Below, piece by piece: positions 8,927 through 18,580 of a DNA stretch of 64,000 nt. This DNA is from Oscillospiraceae bacterium (GTDB lineage Bacteria; Bacillota; Clostridia; Oscillospirales; Ruminococcaceae). The stretch is taken from assembly GCA_045600205.1 (NCBI GenBank), contig JAZRXM010000029.1, positions 58,911 to 122,910 on the forward strand, read 5' to 3'. The position numbers were made by a program, and so were the translations under genes. A model generated the notes under the pieces. It was not told where the DNA came from. It saw only the letters and a list, made by a program, of their open reading frames with translations, and did not search any database. Within the stretch, counting starts at the first letter, position 1, and each line of letters opens with the position of its first letter.

Positions 8927-9888
8927 CGGCGAAACGACTGGTCATTCTGGATTGGGCAACGATGTCCGATCATGAGGAGCTTTCGCCGGAACGCTTCCAA
9001 AAGCTTGCGGATACGGTGGATGTCTATCCGTTGACGAAGCCTGAAGAAACCATCTCCCGAATTGGAGATGCTGAATTGGTCATCTGCAATAAGGTATTGA
9101 TGACCAATGAGGTCATGGATGCCTGCCCGAACCTGAAATATATCGGTTTGCTGGCAACGGGCTATAATAATGTGGATATTCCTGCTGCAAAGGCGCATGG
9201 CATAACGGTCTGCAATGCAGGCAGCTATTCCACGGATGCAGTCGCGCAGCTTGTGTTTGCGTACATTTTAGATCATTTCGAGCGCGTTTCGCAATATGCG
9301 GCGGATGTGCAGCAGGGAAAGTGGGAAACTTCCCGCACCTTCTCGTATTTTCCGTACCCCACAGGGGAGCTGCGCGGCAAAACACTGGCAATCATAGGCT
9401 ATGGCAGTATTGGCAGAGCAGTTGCAAAAATCGGAGAAGCATTCGGAATGCAGATCGTCATTTCGACACGCACGACCCCGACAGACTGCCCCTATCCGCT
9501 TGTCACGCCTGCAGAGGCGTTTGCCTGCGCAGATATTCTGACACTGCACTGTCCGCTCAACGAGGGGACAAAGGGTATCGTCAATGCGGAAAACCTTGCA
9601 TCTATGAAAAAAACAGCGATCCTTATCAATACCGCACGCGGCGGCGTTGTGGTAGAGCAGGCACTCGCGGATGCACTCAATGAGGAGCGTATTGCGGCTG
9701 CCTATGTGGATGTGCTGGATACCGAACCGATGCGACCCGACACACCGCTCAAAGCCGCCAAAAACTGCGTCATTACTCCGCATATCGCATGGACGCCCCT
9801 CGAAACGAGAACGCGCCTTGCAGAAATCGCAGAGGAAAATGTTTGCGGCTTCCTGAATGGTGACCCGAAGCGTGTGGTCAGTGGGTGA
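8923..9888 (+). CDS. D-isomer-specific 2-hydroxyacid dehydrogenase (glycerate dehydrogenase-like)
   Basis: NAD-binding motif LAIIGYGSIGRAVAK, then LHCPLNEGTKGIVN, NTARGGVVVEQALADAL and ITPHIAWTPLETR. Confidence 0.88.
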   Translation: MTAKRLVILDWATMSDHEELSPERFQKLADTVDVYPLTKPEETISRIGDAELVICNKVLMTNEVMDACPNLKYIGLLATGYNNVDIPAAKAHGITVCNAGSYSTDAVAQLVFAYILDHFERVSQYAADVQQGKWETSRTFSYFPYPTGELRGKTLAIIGYGSIGRAVAKIGEAFGMQIVISTRTTPTDCPYPLVTPAEAFACADILTLHCPLNEGTKGIVNAENLASMKKTAILINTARGGVVVEQALADALNEERIAAAYVDVLDTEPMRPDTPLKAAKNCVITPHIAWTPLETRTRLAEIAEENVCGFLNGDPKRVVSG

Positions 9889-9936
9889 GCATACCGTGTT
9901 AAAATTGGGAAATACCCGCTTTTTTGAAAAAATGGC

Positions 9937-9965
9937 TTGCAATTTCAAAGCGGGTATGCTATAAT
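9937..9965 (+). promoter_or_regulatory. Sigma-A promoter for glmS (TTGCAA-17-TGcTATAAT)
   Basis: TTGCAA at 9937-9942, a 17-nt spacer, and TATAAT at 9960-9965. The spacer contains one arm of an inverted repeat (ATACCCGCTTT at 9912-9922 and AAAGCGGGTAT at 9947-9957). Confidence 0.55.
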
Positions 9966-10056
9966 AAATCTTGTATATCATGCAAAAAACGTATCTTCGC
10001 TGAAAACGCGCAGCTACGGATATAACAGAAATCTGGGGAAGGAATCATAAAAATTT

Positions 10057-11880
10057 ATGTGTGGAATCGTCGGCTATGTCGGACAGCGCAATTGTGCAGA
10101 TGTTCTTGTCAGTGCGCTTTCCAAGCTCGAATACCGCGGCTATGACTCCGCGGGCATTGCTGTTTTTGCAAACAACGGCATTCAGATCGCAAAATCCAAG
10201 GGTCGTCTGGCTGATCTCTCCGAGAAAATGGAGAAAGAAGGCAAACCGGAAGGCATCGCAGGCATCGGTCATACCCGTTGGGCAACCCACGGCGAACCCT
10301 CTGATGTCAATTCTCATCCGCACAGAGGCGGCGAAAAAGTCACTCTGGTACACAATGGCATCATTGAAAATTACAAAAGACTCAAGGAGTTTCTGATCTC
10401 GGAAGGTCGCACTTTTGTATCTGAAACCGATACCGAGGTTGTGGCACAGCTTCTGGATTACAATTATAAGGGTGATCCGCTTGCAGCAATCGCCCAGACC
10501 ATGCAGGAAGTCACGGGAAGCTTTGCATTGGGCATTCTGTTCGCAGATTTCCCGAACACTATTTATGCAGTCCGCCGTGAAAGTCCGCTGATCGTCGGTG
10601 CAGGCGAAAACGAAAGCTTTATCGCATCCGATGTTCCTGCCATTCTGAAATACACCAAGCAGTACTATCTGCTGGAACATGACGAGATCGCTGTATTGAA
10701 GCAGGACGGCACACAGTTCTTCGATATGAAGTTCAACCCTATTCAGAAGCCGCTTCTGACCGCTGACTGGGATATGGATGCAGCCGAAAAACAGGGCTAC
10801 GACCACTTCATGCTGAAAGAGATCCACGAGCAGCCGGAATCCATCAAGCGCACGGTTATGCCGCGCATTGAAGATGGTTTGCCGAATCTAAGCGAGTGCG
10901 GCATTACCGCAGAAACGCTGAAAGATTTCCGCAATATCTACGTGGTTGCCTGCGGTACCGCAATGCATGCGGGAATGGTCGGCAAGTATGTCATCGAAAA
11001 GCTGGCGAGAGTTCCTGTCATTGTCGATATTGCATCGGAATTCCGCTATCGTGAGCCGCTGATCGGTGAGGGGGACCTCATTATCATTATTTCTCAGTCG
11101 GGCGAAACCGCTGACAGCCTTGCTGCGATGCGTCTGGCAAAAAAGCTTGGCGCAAAGACTCTTGCGGTCGTCAATGCAAAGGGTTCGTCCATTGCGCGCG
11201 AGGCGGATATGCTGGTTTACACGCACGCAGGTCCCGAAATCGCTGTTGCTTCGACAAAAGCATACATGGTGCAGATCGCAGTCATGTATCTGTTTGCATT
11301 TGAGCTGGCTCTCGCGAAGGGCAGAATCGACGAGGCAGAATGTCGTCGTCTGACTGCGCTGCTGCTGGAAACGCCTGCTTATATCGAGAAGATTCTGGAG
11401 CGTCAGGCTGAAACAAAGGAAATCGCAAAGAGCCTGACCGATTCGGAAAGCCTGCTGTACATCGGCAGAGGTCTGGATTCCGCACTTTCTATGGAAGGCT
11501 CCCTGAAACTCAAGGAAATCAGCTACATCCACAGTGAGGCATACGCAGCAGGCGAGCTGAAACACGGTACCATCTCCCTGATTTATGACGGAATGCCCGT
11601 TATCGCCGTGGATACCCAGAAAGCACTGCACGAAAAGACTGTTTCCAATATCAAGGAGGTCAAGGCAAGAGGTGCCATGACCATTCTGGTTTGCGGCGAA
11701 TCCTATACGCCGGAGGGCGATATTGCGAACTATTGCTTCAAAGTGCCTGAAATTGACGATCTGCTGATGCCGATGCTCGCGGTCGTACCGCTCCAGCTCA
11801 TTGCTTACTACAGTGCGGTGCTGCGCGGCAACGATGTCGATAAACCGCGTAACCTCGCAAAATCCGTTACGGTTGAATAA
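10057..11880 (+). CDS. glmS: Glutamine--fructose-6-phosphate aminotransferase
   Basis: MCGIVGYVG N-terminal nucleophile, two SIS domains (IIISQSGETADSL, LYIGRGLDSALSMEGSLKLKEISYIHSEAY), and a C-terminal KSVTVE. Confidence 0.97.
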   Translation: MCGIVGYVGQRNCADVLVSALSKLEYRGYDSAGIAVFANNGIQIAKSKGRLADLSEKMEKEGKPEGIAGIGHTRWATHGEPSDVNSHPHRGGEKVTLVHNGIIENYKRLKEFLISEGRTFVSETDTEVVAQLLDYNYKGDPLAAIAQTMQEVTGSFALGILFADFPNTIYAVRRESPLIVGAGENESFIASDVPAILKYTKQYYLLEHDEIAVLKQDGTQFFDMKFNPIQKPLLTADWDMDAAEKQGYDHFMLKEIHEQPESIKRTVMPRIEDGLPNLSECGITAETLKDFRNIYVVACGTAMHAGMVGKYVIEKLARVPVIVDIASEFRYREPLIGEGDLIIIISQSGETADSLAAMRLAKKLGAKTLAVVNAKGSSIAREADMLVYTHAGPEIAVASTKAYMVQIAVMYLFAFELALAKGRIDEAECRRLTALLLETPAYIEKILERQAETKEIAKSLTDSESLLYIGRGLDSALSMEGSLKLKEISYIHSEAYAAGELKHGTISLIYDGMPVIAVDTQKALHEKTVSNIKEVKARGAMTILVCGESYTPEGDIANYCFKVPEIDDLLMPMLAVVPLQLIAYYSAVLRGNDVDKPRNLAKSVTVE

Positions 11881-12015
11881 TTCCGCGCAGGCGGAACAAA
11901 TAAGCGGCTGCTGTGAAGGGGACGCAGCAGTCGTTCGGGGTGGAAACACGGGGTCAGTAGCCCTTGTTTTCGCCCTTTTTTGTTTGATGAAAATTGAAAA
12001 TGGAGAAGATGTACC

Positions 12016-13299
12016 ATGGAAAAACACACATTTGCAACGAAAACCGCCGTTTCTGCGGCATCTGCACTGGTTGCTCTGCTGACAGTCAGCTCCACAATGC
12101 CCTGCTTTGCGGATATTGTGGATGCAAACGGCAATACCATTGAAACCATTACCAGCGGCGATTTCGAATGCTCGGTCATGGTGGATACCGAAAATGAGGG
12201 CAAATACGGTATCTGCATTGAAAAATATCTGGGCAACGCCACGGATGTTGTGATTCCGGATGAGATTGACGACAAAGAGGTCATTGCGTTCGGCGATTCG
12301 GCTTTTGCAGGAAATTATACGCTGAAATCTGTAACGCTGCCTGTCAACCTGATCGGACTTGGCGACTTTGCCTTTGCAGAATGCACCGCGCTCGAAAAAT
12401 TCATCACCTACGAGGAAAGCATTTTCTTTGAGGCAAAGGACGGCGTCCTGTATACCAAGGACGGCAAAACACTGGTGCGTTATCCGCTGACGAAAGTGCA
12501 GCCCGATATGGTCATTGAGGAGGGTATTGAACAGATCGGATCCAGTGCGTTTGCGTACAGCCGTGTGCTGGAAACCATTTCGCTGCCCAAAACGATTAAA
12601 TCCATTGGTGCGGCGGCATTTTCCGATTGCGTGAATCTGGAAGAATTTGCAATGCCCGCATCCGTGACGGAAATCAGCAATTTTACGTTCTATCGCTGCG
12701 TGCAGCTCAAAAAGGTCAACATTCCCTACGGTGTGACCCGCATCGGTGACGGCGCATTTTCCGCAACTGCACTGACAGAGATCCAGATTCCCGAAACCGT
12801 CAAAACGATCGGTCAGGCTGCGTTTGCTGCAACCAAAATGACATCCGTCACCATTCCGATCACCGTGGAAACCATCGGTTCTTCGGCTTTCGGCTACAAC
12901 ATTGATTCTTCCAACAACCTCTATCAGCGGGATGATTTCGTGATTTACGGTTCTCTCGGTACGGCAGCTGCAACCTACGCAAAAGATGTGGAGGACGGCA
13001 ACCACTTTGAATTTATCTCCAACGGCGAGGTGGTCACCACTGTCGCAGAGCCGGATGAAAGCAGTGAATCGGACGAAACAAAAACCGTTCTGACGGATGC
13101 AGACAGCAACAGTACCACAGCGAAAAGTGCTGCGGATGTGACGACGGCAGCAGCCGCATCAACCGAAAAGAAAAAGGATTCCGTGCTTGGCGAAAACAAG
13201 GGTCTGATCATCGGCGTGATTGCAGGCGGCGTAGTTGTTCTGGCAGGCATCATGATTGCGATTGTCAAGGTACTGCGCGGCGGTAAGGAATCCAAATAA
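12016..13299 (+). CDS. BspA-type leucine-rich-repeat (LRR_5-like) surface protein with signal peptide and C-terminal TM anchor
   Basis: Signal-like N-terminus AVSAASALVALLTVSSTMPCFA. Repeats follow the pattern IP..V..IG..AF..C..L (for example ISLPKTIKSIGAAAFSDCVNLEEFAMPASVTEISNFTFYRCVQLKKVNIPYGVTRIGDGAFS). There is a Thr/Ala-rich stalk, then the TM segment LIIGVIAGGVVVLAGIMIAIV and a basic tail. Confidence 0.85.
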   Translation: MEKHTFATKTAVSAASALVALLTVSSTMPCFADIVDANGNTIETITSGDFECSVMVDTENEGKYGICIEKYLGNATDVVIPDEIDDKEVIAFGDSAFAGNYTLKSVTLPVNLIGLGDFAFAECTALEKFITYEESIFFEAKDGVLYTKDGKTLVRYPLTKVQPDMVIEEGIEQIGSSAFAYSRVLETISLPKTIKSIGAAAFSDCVNLEEFAMPASVTEISNFTFYRCVQLKKVNIPYGVTRIGDGAFSATALTEIQIPETVKTIGQAAFAATKMTSVTIPITVETIGSSAFGYNIDSSNNLYQRDDFVIYGSLGTAAATYAKDVEDGNHFEFISNGEVVTTVAEPDESSESDETKTVLTDADSNSTTAKSAADVTTAAAASTEKKKDSVLGENKGLIIGVIAGGVVVLAGIMIAIVKVLRGGKESK

Positions 13300-13321
13300 A
13301 ACAAGCAAGGAGCGTCAAGAT

Positions 13322-14755
13322 ATGAAAATGAAGAAGCTGCGCTCTTTTGCGTGTGCATCCGCGATCGTGCTGACTTCCATGCTTCTGCCGACATTGCAAG
13401 GCGCGGCGGAGGGCGGCGAAATGCTCGGATACGATATTTCGGGTATGATCGTGTACAACGGCTCGCAGATCTCCTATTATCTGGAGGAGGACCAGACCGC
13501 ATCCATTGTCAGTTGTGGAAGCGATTTGTCGGGCGATGTGGAAATACCTGCAACCATCGAGGACAGACCCGTTTCTAAAATTGCGGAAAGTGCCTTTTAC
13601 GGCATCAAGGGGCTGAAAAGTATCACTTTGCCGAAAACCGTGCATACCATTGAAAATGGTGCGTTTTACGAATGCACGGCATTGACGGATATTACGCTTT
13701 CCGAGGACCTGCGGACGATCGGTGAAAGTGCATTTTTCGGTTGTACCGCACTGACCGCAATCGACATTTCCGATCATGTCATGTCGATTCCCGAATCCTG
13801 TTTTTCGGGTTGTACCGCACTGGAAAACGTACAGTTTCCCGACGATCTGATTTCGGTGGGCGCATCGGCATTTTATAATACGAAATGTCCGAAAGAACTG
13901 GTGTTTCCGGAAAATCTGAATACGCTTGGCGAAATGGCGTTTGCCTACTGCACGGGGATCGAAACCGTGAAATTCTCTGCCAACCTGATCAACCTCGATA
14001 ATTATGTGTTTGACGGCTGTTCGGCACTGCAAAGTATTGAGGTCAGTGCGGACAATGCCGCTTTCTGTTCAGAGGACGGTGTGCTGTTCGATAAGGGCAT
14101 GACCAAGCTGGTGAAGTATCCCGCAGCCAAAAAGGACACCAAATATACCGTACCTGTCGGCGTGACTGCACTGGCTGACTGGTCATTTATCGGAGCTACG
14201 AATCTGGAAGAGATCGCGCTTTCCAATATCCGCACATTTGGTGAGGAAACTTTCTATCAATGCAGTTCGCTTAAATCCATTACGCTCCCGGAGGAACTTT
14301 CTGAACTGCCTTCTGCTATTTTCGGCTACTGTGAAAGTCTGACAGATGTCACGATTCCTGCGCATTGCTCGAAAATCGGTGATTATGCGTTCATGAACTG
14401 CACGAAACTGAAAAAACTGACGGTTCCTGCAACGGTCACGGAAATCGGTAAGTTTTCGTTTGGGTTTGCTTATAACGAGAAAAACGAAGCCATGGAGCAG
14501 ATGAAAGGATTTCGTCTGTATACGGAGGCAGGCTCCAAAGCAGCAAGCTATGCAAAGGCGGGCAAACTGAAGTATCGCACGGATTCCAAGGCGTGGCTGG
14601 TGGTGCTGCTGATTCTGGCAGCCTGTGCGGTTGCAGGATTGATTGCATTTTTGGTATACCGCAGAAGCAGTGTTGCCTATGTCGGCGCAGGACCCAACAA
14701 GGGTCAGGTGATTTCCAAGAAAAAGAAGTCTACAAAGGGAGAAAACGAGAAATGA
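13322..14755 (+). CDS. BspA-type LRR surface protein with signal peptide and C-terminal TM anchor
   Basis: The ATG at 13322 follows AAGGAG. The N-terminus is MKMKKLRSFACASAIVLTSMLLPTLQGAAEG, the repeat type matches 12016-13299, and the C-terminal TM is WLVVLLILAACAVAGLIAFLVY followed by a KKKK tail. Confidence 0.85.
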   Translation: MKMKKLRSFACASAIVLTSMLLPTLQGAAEGGEMLGYDISGMIVYNGSQISYYLEEDQTASIVSCGSDLSGDVEIPATIEDRPVSKIAESAFYGIKGLKSITLPKTVHTIENGAFYECTALTDITLSEDLRTIGESAFFGCTALTAIDISDHVMSIPESCFSGCTALENVQFPDDLISVGASAFYNTKCPKELVFPENLNTLGEMAFAYCTGIETVKFSANLINLDNYVFDGCSALQSIEVSADNAAFCSEDGVLFDKGMTKLVKYPAAKKDTKYTVPVGVTALADWSFIGATNLEEIALSNIRTFGEETFYQCSSLKSITLPEELSELPSAIFGYCESLTDVTIPAHCSKIGDYAFMNCTKLKKLTVPATVTEIGKFSFGFAYNEKNEAMEQMKGFRLYTEAGSKAASYAKAGKLKYRTDSKAWLVVLLILAACAVAGLIAFLVYRRSSVAYVGAGPNKGQVISKKKKSTKGENEK

Positions 14756-16290
14756 GTCCATTGAAAATTTGCGCAGGATTTGCTGCAATCGGGATTTTGC
14801 TTGGCAGCATGGCGGGATTATCCGTATCTGCGGAAGAAGAAAAAACTTTTACCGATGAGATGCTGACCTATACCAAAATCTCGGACGGTGTCAGCATTAC
14901 GGCTTGCAAAGTATCCACTACTTCGCTTTCCCTGCCCGATAACATTGACGGTTATCCGATTCTGGAGGTCGGTGATGGCGCGTTTGCAGAATGTGCGGGG
15001 CTGACTGCGGTAGATTTCAGCAAAACAAAAATCCGCACCATCGGCAACAATGCGTTTACGGGCTGCGAGAAACTTCAGACGCTCAAACTGCCCGATACCC
15101 TGCAAACCATCGGTTCCGGCGCGTTTTATAATTGTGCATCGCTGACCGAACTGAGCATTCCTGACAGTGTATCCGAAATCGGCTCTTATGCGTTTGCCTA
15201 CTGCTTTGCGCTGGATAAGGTCAAACTGCCAACAACGCTGACAACGCTTTTGGGTGCCACATTCTATTATGACTATGAGCTTTCCGAGGTGACACTGCCG
15301 AAATCATTGGAAACGCTTTCTGCGCTCACCTTTGTCGGCTGCTATGATCTGCAATCGATCACGCTGCCTGCAAGCCTGAAAACCGTTGAGCCGCTTGCAT
15401 TTCTGGGATGCATCGGGATAAAAGCATTTACCGTGGATGCAAACAATACGGCGTTTTCCGTCGGTGAGGACGGTGCGCTTTATAACAAAGACGGCAGCAG
15501 TCTGTTGATCTACCCTTCGGGTAACGGTGTCAAGGAATGCACGATCGCAGATACCGTTACCGAGATTGCCCCGTATGCGTTTGCAGGTTCGCTTTCATTG
15601 GAAACGGTCACACTGCCGCAGACTTTGCAGGGCGTTCTGCCCGAGGGCTGCTTCTCCGATTGCTATTCGCTGCACAAAGTCAACTGTCTGCCCGCAAATC
15701 TTTCGGAGATCTCTGCAAGCCTGTTTGCGGGCTGTAACGCTTTGGAAAATCTGACGCTGCCCGAAAACTGTACCGCAATCGGAAACTATGGCTTCTACGA
15801 ATGTGCCGCTCTGACGGAATTTACCATTCCTGAATCGGTAAAAAGCATCGGTGACTGCGCATTTTGCGGTTGCGAGAATCTGACGGCGATGACGATTCCT
15901 GTCGGCACAACGCTTGGCAACTATGCAGTTGGTTTTTCCACTCCTGCGGAGGATGCAGAGGATAACACACCCGTTCTGCGCAAAGATTTTGTTCTCCACG
16001 GCAATTCCAAATCGGATGCAAAACGTTTTGCCAAGGCAAACGGCGTTTCCTTCAAGCAGGATGATTTTAATTTCAAGCTGCTGTTTATCATCATCGGCAT
16101 TGTGGCGGCATCTTTGTTTGTGATTCTGACAATCGTGGACATTGTCAGAAAAAAGAAATCCGTACCCGAACAGCCTGCTGAATCCCAATCCGAAGAATCA
16201 TTTGCGGACCCGAATTATCAGAGCATTTTGGCAGAGGACGATGAAGATATGACGGATGTGGAGGAAAATTCCGAAGAAAGCGAAAGCTGA
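14752..16290 (+). CDS. BspA-type LRR surface protein with signal peptide and C-terminal TM anchor
   Basis: The ATG overlaps the upstream stop (ATGA). The N-terminus is MSPLKICAGFAAIGILLGSMAGLSVSAEE, LRR_5-like repeats follow, and the TM LLFIIIGIVAASLFVILTIV is followed by an acidic tail. Confidence 0.85.
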   Translation: MSPLKICAGFAAIGILLGSMAGLSVSAEEEKTFTDEMLTYTKISDGVSITACKVSTTSLSLPDNIDGYPILEVGDGAFAECAGLTAVDFSKTKIRTIGNNAFTGCEKLQTLKLPDTLQTIGSGAFYNCASLTELSIPDSVSEIGSYAFAYCFALDKVKLPTTLTTLLGATFYYDYELSEVTLPKSLETLSALTFVGCYDLQSITLPASLKTVEPLAFLGCIGIKAFTVDANNTAFSVGEDGALYNKDGSSLLIYPSGNGVKECTIADTVTEIAPYAFAGSLSLETVTLPQTLQGVLPEGCFSDCYSLHKVNCLPANLSEISASLFAGCNALENLTLPENCTAIGNYGFYECAALTEFTIPESVKSIGDCAFCGCENLTAMTIPVGTTLGNYAVGFSTPAEDAEDNTPVLRKDFVLHGNSKSDAKRFAKANGVSFKQDDFNFKLLFIIIGIVAASLFVILTIVDIVRKKKSVPEQPAESQSEESFADPNYQSILAEDDEDMTDVEENSEESES

Positions 16291-16302
16291 TAAGGAAAGG
16301 AG

Positions 16303-17631
16303 ATGACCTCTCCCATGAAGAAAAAAGTCCGGCGGGAACCGATTGTACTTTCGCAGATGCGTCCTGTGACGCTGCTGCTGGTGCTTTGCGGTTGTATCAT
16401 GTTTGCGTTTGCGCTTCAGCATTTTGATGGTCTGCTGCGTTTTGGACGCAAAATTCTGTCTGCACTGGGACCCGTGTTTGCGGGACTGGTCATCGCATAT
16501 CTGTTGAATCCTGCACAGACATGGCTCGAAAAGCGCATGATAAAATTGCTGCGGCCATTTCAGAAAAAGCATCCTGCGGGAACAAAAACAGCCGCAAGAG
16601 GCATCAGTGCATTTTTAGCGGTACTGTTGTTTGTCGGCGCGGTCACGCTTCTTGTGATCGCAACGTTTTCGCAGGTCATGGATGGCGTGGAAACGCTGAT
16701 CCGGAAGCTGCCGCAGTATATGGATATCCTTGCCGACCGCGTAGAAAAAATACTCGCGGATGACAACCGCATCAGCCGGTATCTGGAGCAGCTCAGCGAG
16801 CGAATTTTCAATTTGCAGACAGGTGTAGATCCGACCGAAACCGCACAGACGGTCCTTTCGGCAATCTGGAGCGGCGCAGCGGGTACGCTCGGCATTCTAT
16901 ACGATGTGATTGTCGGCGTCATCGTGTCGGTTTATCTGCTCATCAGCAAGGAGATCTTTATCCGACAGTTCAAACGCATTCTTTACGCAGTTGTAAACAA
17001 AGATCTGGCGGACAGCCTGAACAAAGGCATGGTCAAAGCCAACCGTACTTTTGGTACTGCGATTCTAGGCAAGCTGGTGGACTCCACGCTCATCGGCATC
17101 ATCTGCTTTATCGGGCTTGTGGTGATGAATATGCCGTATACCGCGCTGATTGCGGTCATCATCGGCGTGACCAACGTGATTCCGTTTTTCGGCCCGATCA
17201 TCGGTGCGATTCCGTGTGTGCTGCTGATCCTGATGGAAAATCCGTGGAAAGCACTGTATTTCCTGATTTTCATTATCGCGCTGCAACAGTTTGACTGCAA
17301 TTTCCTTGACCCGAAAATTGTTGGTAAATCCATCGGTCTGCCTGCTTTCTGGGAACTGTTTGCGTGTCTGTTAGGCGGCGGATTGTTCGGCATTGTCGGC
17401 ATGGCGATCGGAGTCCCGTTTTTTGCAGTATTCTATGCGATTCTGGATGAAGCAATCAGCAAGAAGCTGCGCAGGGAATTCTCCGATGAATTTCTGGAGC
17501 ATACGCTTGGCTACGACTTGCAGACTTTACCCAAATCTGAGGAAGAAGCGGAATCCGAGGAGGAATCCAGCGAATACGTGCAGCATTTGATTCTGCTGGA
17601 GGAACTTTCCAATGCGGAGGATGAAAAATAA
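16303..17631 (+). CDS. AI-2E family transporter (UPF0118/PerM-like)
   Basis: Eight hydrophobic segments with the characteristic NVIPFFGPIIGAIPCVLLIL block and an acidic C-terminal tail. An alternative start is at 16315. Confidence 0.85.
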   Translation: MTSPMKKKVRREPIVLSQMRPVTLLLVLCGCIMFAFALQHFDGLLRFGRKILSALGPVFAGLVIAYLLNPAQTWLEKRMIKLLRPFQKKHPAGTKTAARGISAFLAVLLFVGAVTLLVIATFSQVMDGVETLIRKLPQYMDILADRVEKILADDNRISRYLEQLSERIFNLQTGVDPTETAQTVLSAIWSGAAGTLGILYDVIVGVIVSVYLLISKEIFIRQFKRILYAVVNKDLADSLNKGMVKANRTFGTAILGKLVDSTLIGIICFIGLVVMNMPYTALIAVIIGVTNVIPFFGPIIGAIPCVLLILMENPWKALYFLIFIIALQQFDCNFLDPKIVGKSIGLPAFWELFACLLGGGLFGIVGMAIGVPFFAVFYAILDEAISKKLRREFSDEFLEHTLGYDLQTLPKSEEEAESEEESSEYVQHLILLEELSNAEDEK

Positions 17632-17634
17632 ACG

Positions 17635-17668
17635 ATTTGCCCTGCCTTGACGCGGGGCAAATTTTTTT
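17635..17668 (+). terminator. Rho-independent terminator after the AI-2E transporter gene
   Basis: The stem ATTTGCCC / GGGCAAAT (8 bp) runs into a T-tract at 17662-17668. Confidence 0.6.
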
Positions 17669-17679
17669 GCAAAGACCGA

Positions 17680-17708
17680 TTGCAATACATAAAGAATTGT
17701 GTTATAAT
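17680..17708 (+). promoter_or_regulatory. Sigma-A promoter for proBA (TTGCAA-17-TGtTATAAT)
   Basis: TTGCAA at 17680-17685, a 17-nt spacer, and TATAAT at 17703-17708. The leader is short (~30 nt), so there is no room for a T-box. Confidence 0.6.
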
Positions 17709-17743
17709 GAATCTGTATTTCATACCAAAAGGAGCGCATAATT

Positions 17744-18556
17744 TTGGATAATAAAGAACAAGCCTTGAAAAAGCTTTCCGATTGTAAGCGTGTCGTCATC
17801 AAGCTCGGCACATCTACCCTTACCCACCCCACAGGACGTATGAATCTGCGTCGTTTTCACAATCTGGTCAGAGTCATGGCGGACTTGCATAACGCGGGCA
17901 AGGAGCTGATTCTGGTTTCTTCGGGTGCTGTCGGACTCGGCATCGGCAAACTTGGTCTGAATGGCAGACCGACCGCGACTCCGGAAAAGCAGGCGTGTGC
18001 CGCAGTCGGACAATGTGAGCTGATGTATCTCTATGACCGTCAGTTTGCGAATTACAGCGTTACGGTTGCGCAGGTGCTGCTGACAAAAGCAGTCCTCAGC
18101 ACAGATGGCGGTACAAATGCGGGCAACTGTATCGAGCAGCTTCTGAAAATCGGTGTCATTCCGATTGTGAACGAAAACGATACCGTTGCGATTGACGAGC
18201 TGGAGCTGGAAATTGGCGAAAACGACTCGTTGGCGGCAATTGTTGCGGGGCTTGGCAAGGCTGAACTGCTCATTCTGATGAGCGATATTGACGGACTTTA
18301 CTCCGATGACCCGCATAAAAATACAGATGCCAAGCTGATTCCCGTGGTCTATGACATTGATGAATCCATTGAGGCGATTGCAGGTGGCGCGGGTACACCG
18401 AATGCACGCGGCGGTATGGCAACGAAAATTGCTGCGGCAAAAATGGCAACACAGGCGGGAATCGACATGGTGATCGTCAACGGTGAACGCCCCGAAAACC
18501 TCTACGATCTGTTTGAAGATCAGCAGATCGGTACGAGATTTGTTGCGAAGAAATAA
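17744..18556 (+). CDS. proB: Glutamate 5-kinase (short form without a PUA domain)
   Basis: TTG start 8 nt after AAGGAG. Conserved blocks are KRVVIKLGTSTLTH, LVSSGAVGLG, IPIVNENDTVA and GGMATKIAAAKMA. Confidence 0.93.
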   Translation: MDNKEQALKKLSDCKRVVIKLGTSTLTHPTGRMNLRRFHNLVRVMADLHNAGKELILVSSGAVGLGIGKLGLNGRPTATPEKQACAAVGQCELMYLYDRQFANYSVTVAQVLLTKAVLSTDGGTNAGNCIEQLLKIGVIPIVNENDTVAIDELELEIGENDSLAAIVAGLGKAELLILMSDIDGLYSDDPHKNTDAKLIPVVYDIDESIEAIAGGAGTPNARGGMATKIAAAKMATQAGIDMVIVNGERPENLYDLFEDQQIGTRFVAKK

Positions 18557-18580
18557 CGATTTTACAGAGGAGGAGCAATC

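Noticed and set aside
9889-10056. A possible glmS ribozyme upstream of glmS.
   Set aside because: The predicted promoter leaves only a ~90-nt leader. I cannot find the conserved glmS ribozyme core elements. Only an inverted repeat (ATACCCGCTTT / AAAGCGGGTAT) overlapping the promoter spacer is present.
10888-13005. A 705-aa minus-strand ORF.
   Set aside because: It lies antisense to glmS and the first LRR gene. It is Cys/Arg/His/Phe-rich with no recognisable domains, and both sense genes are clearly real.
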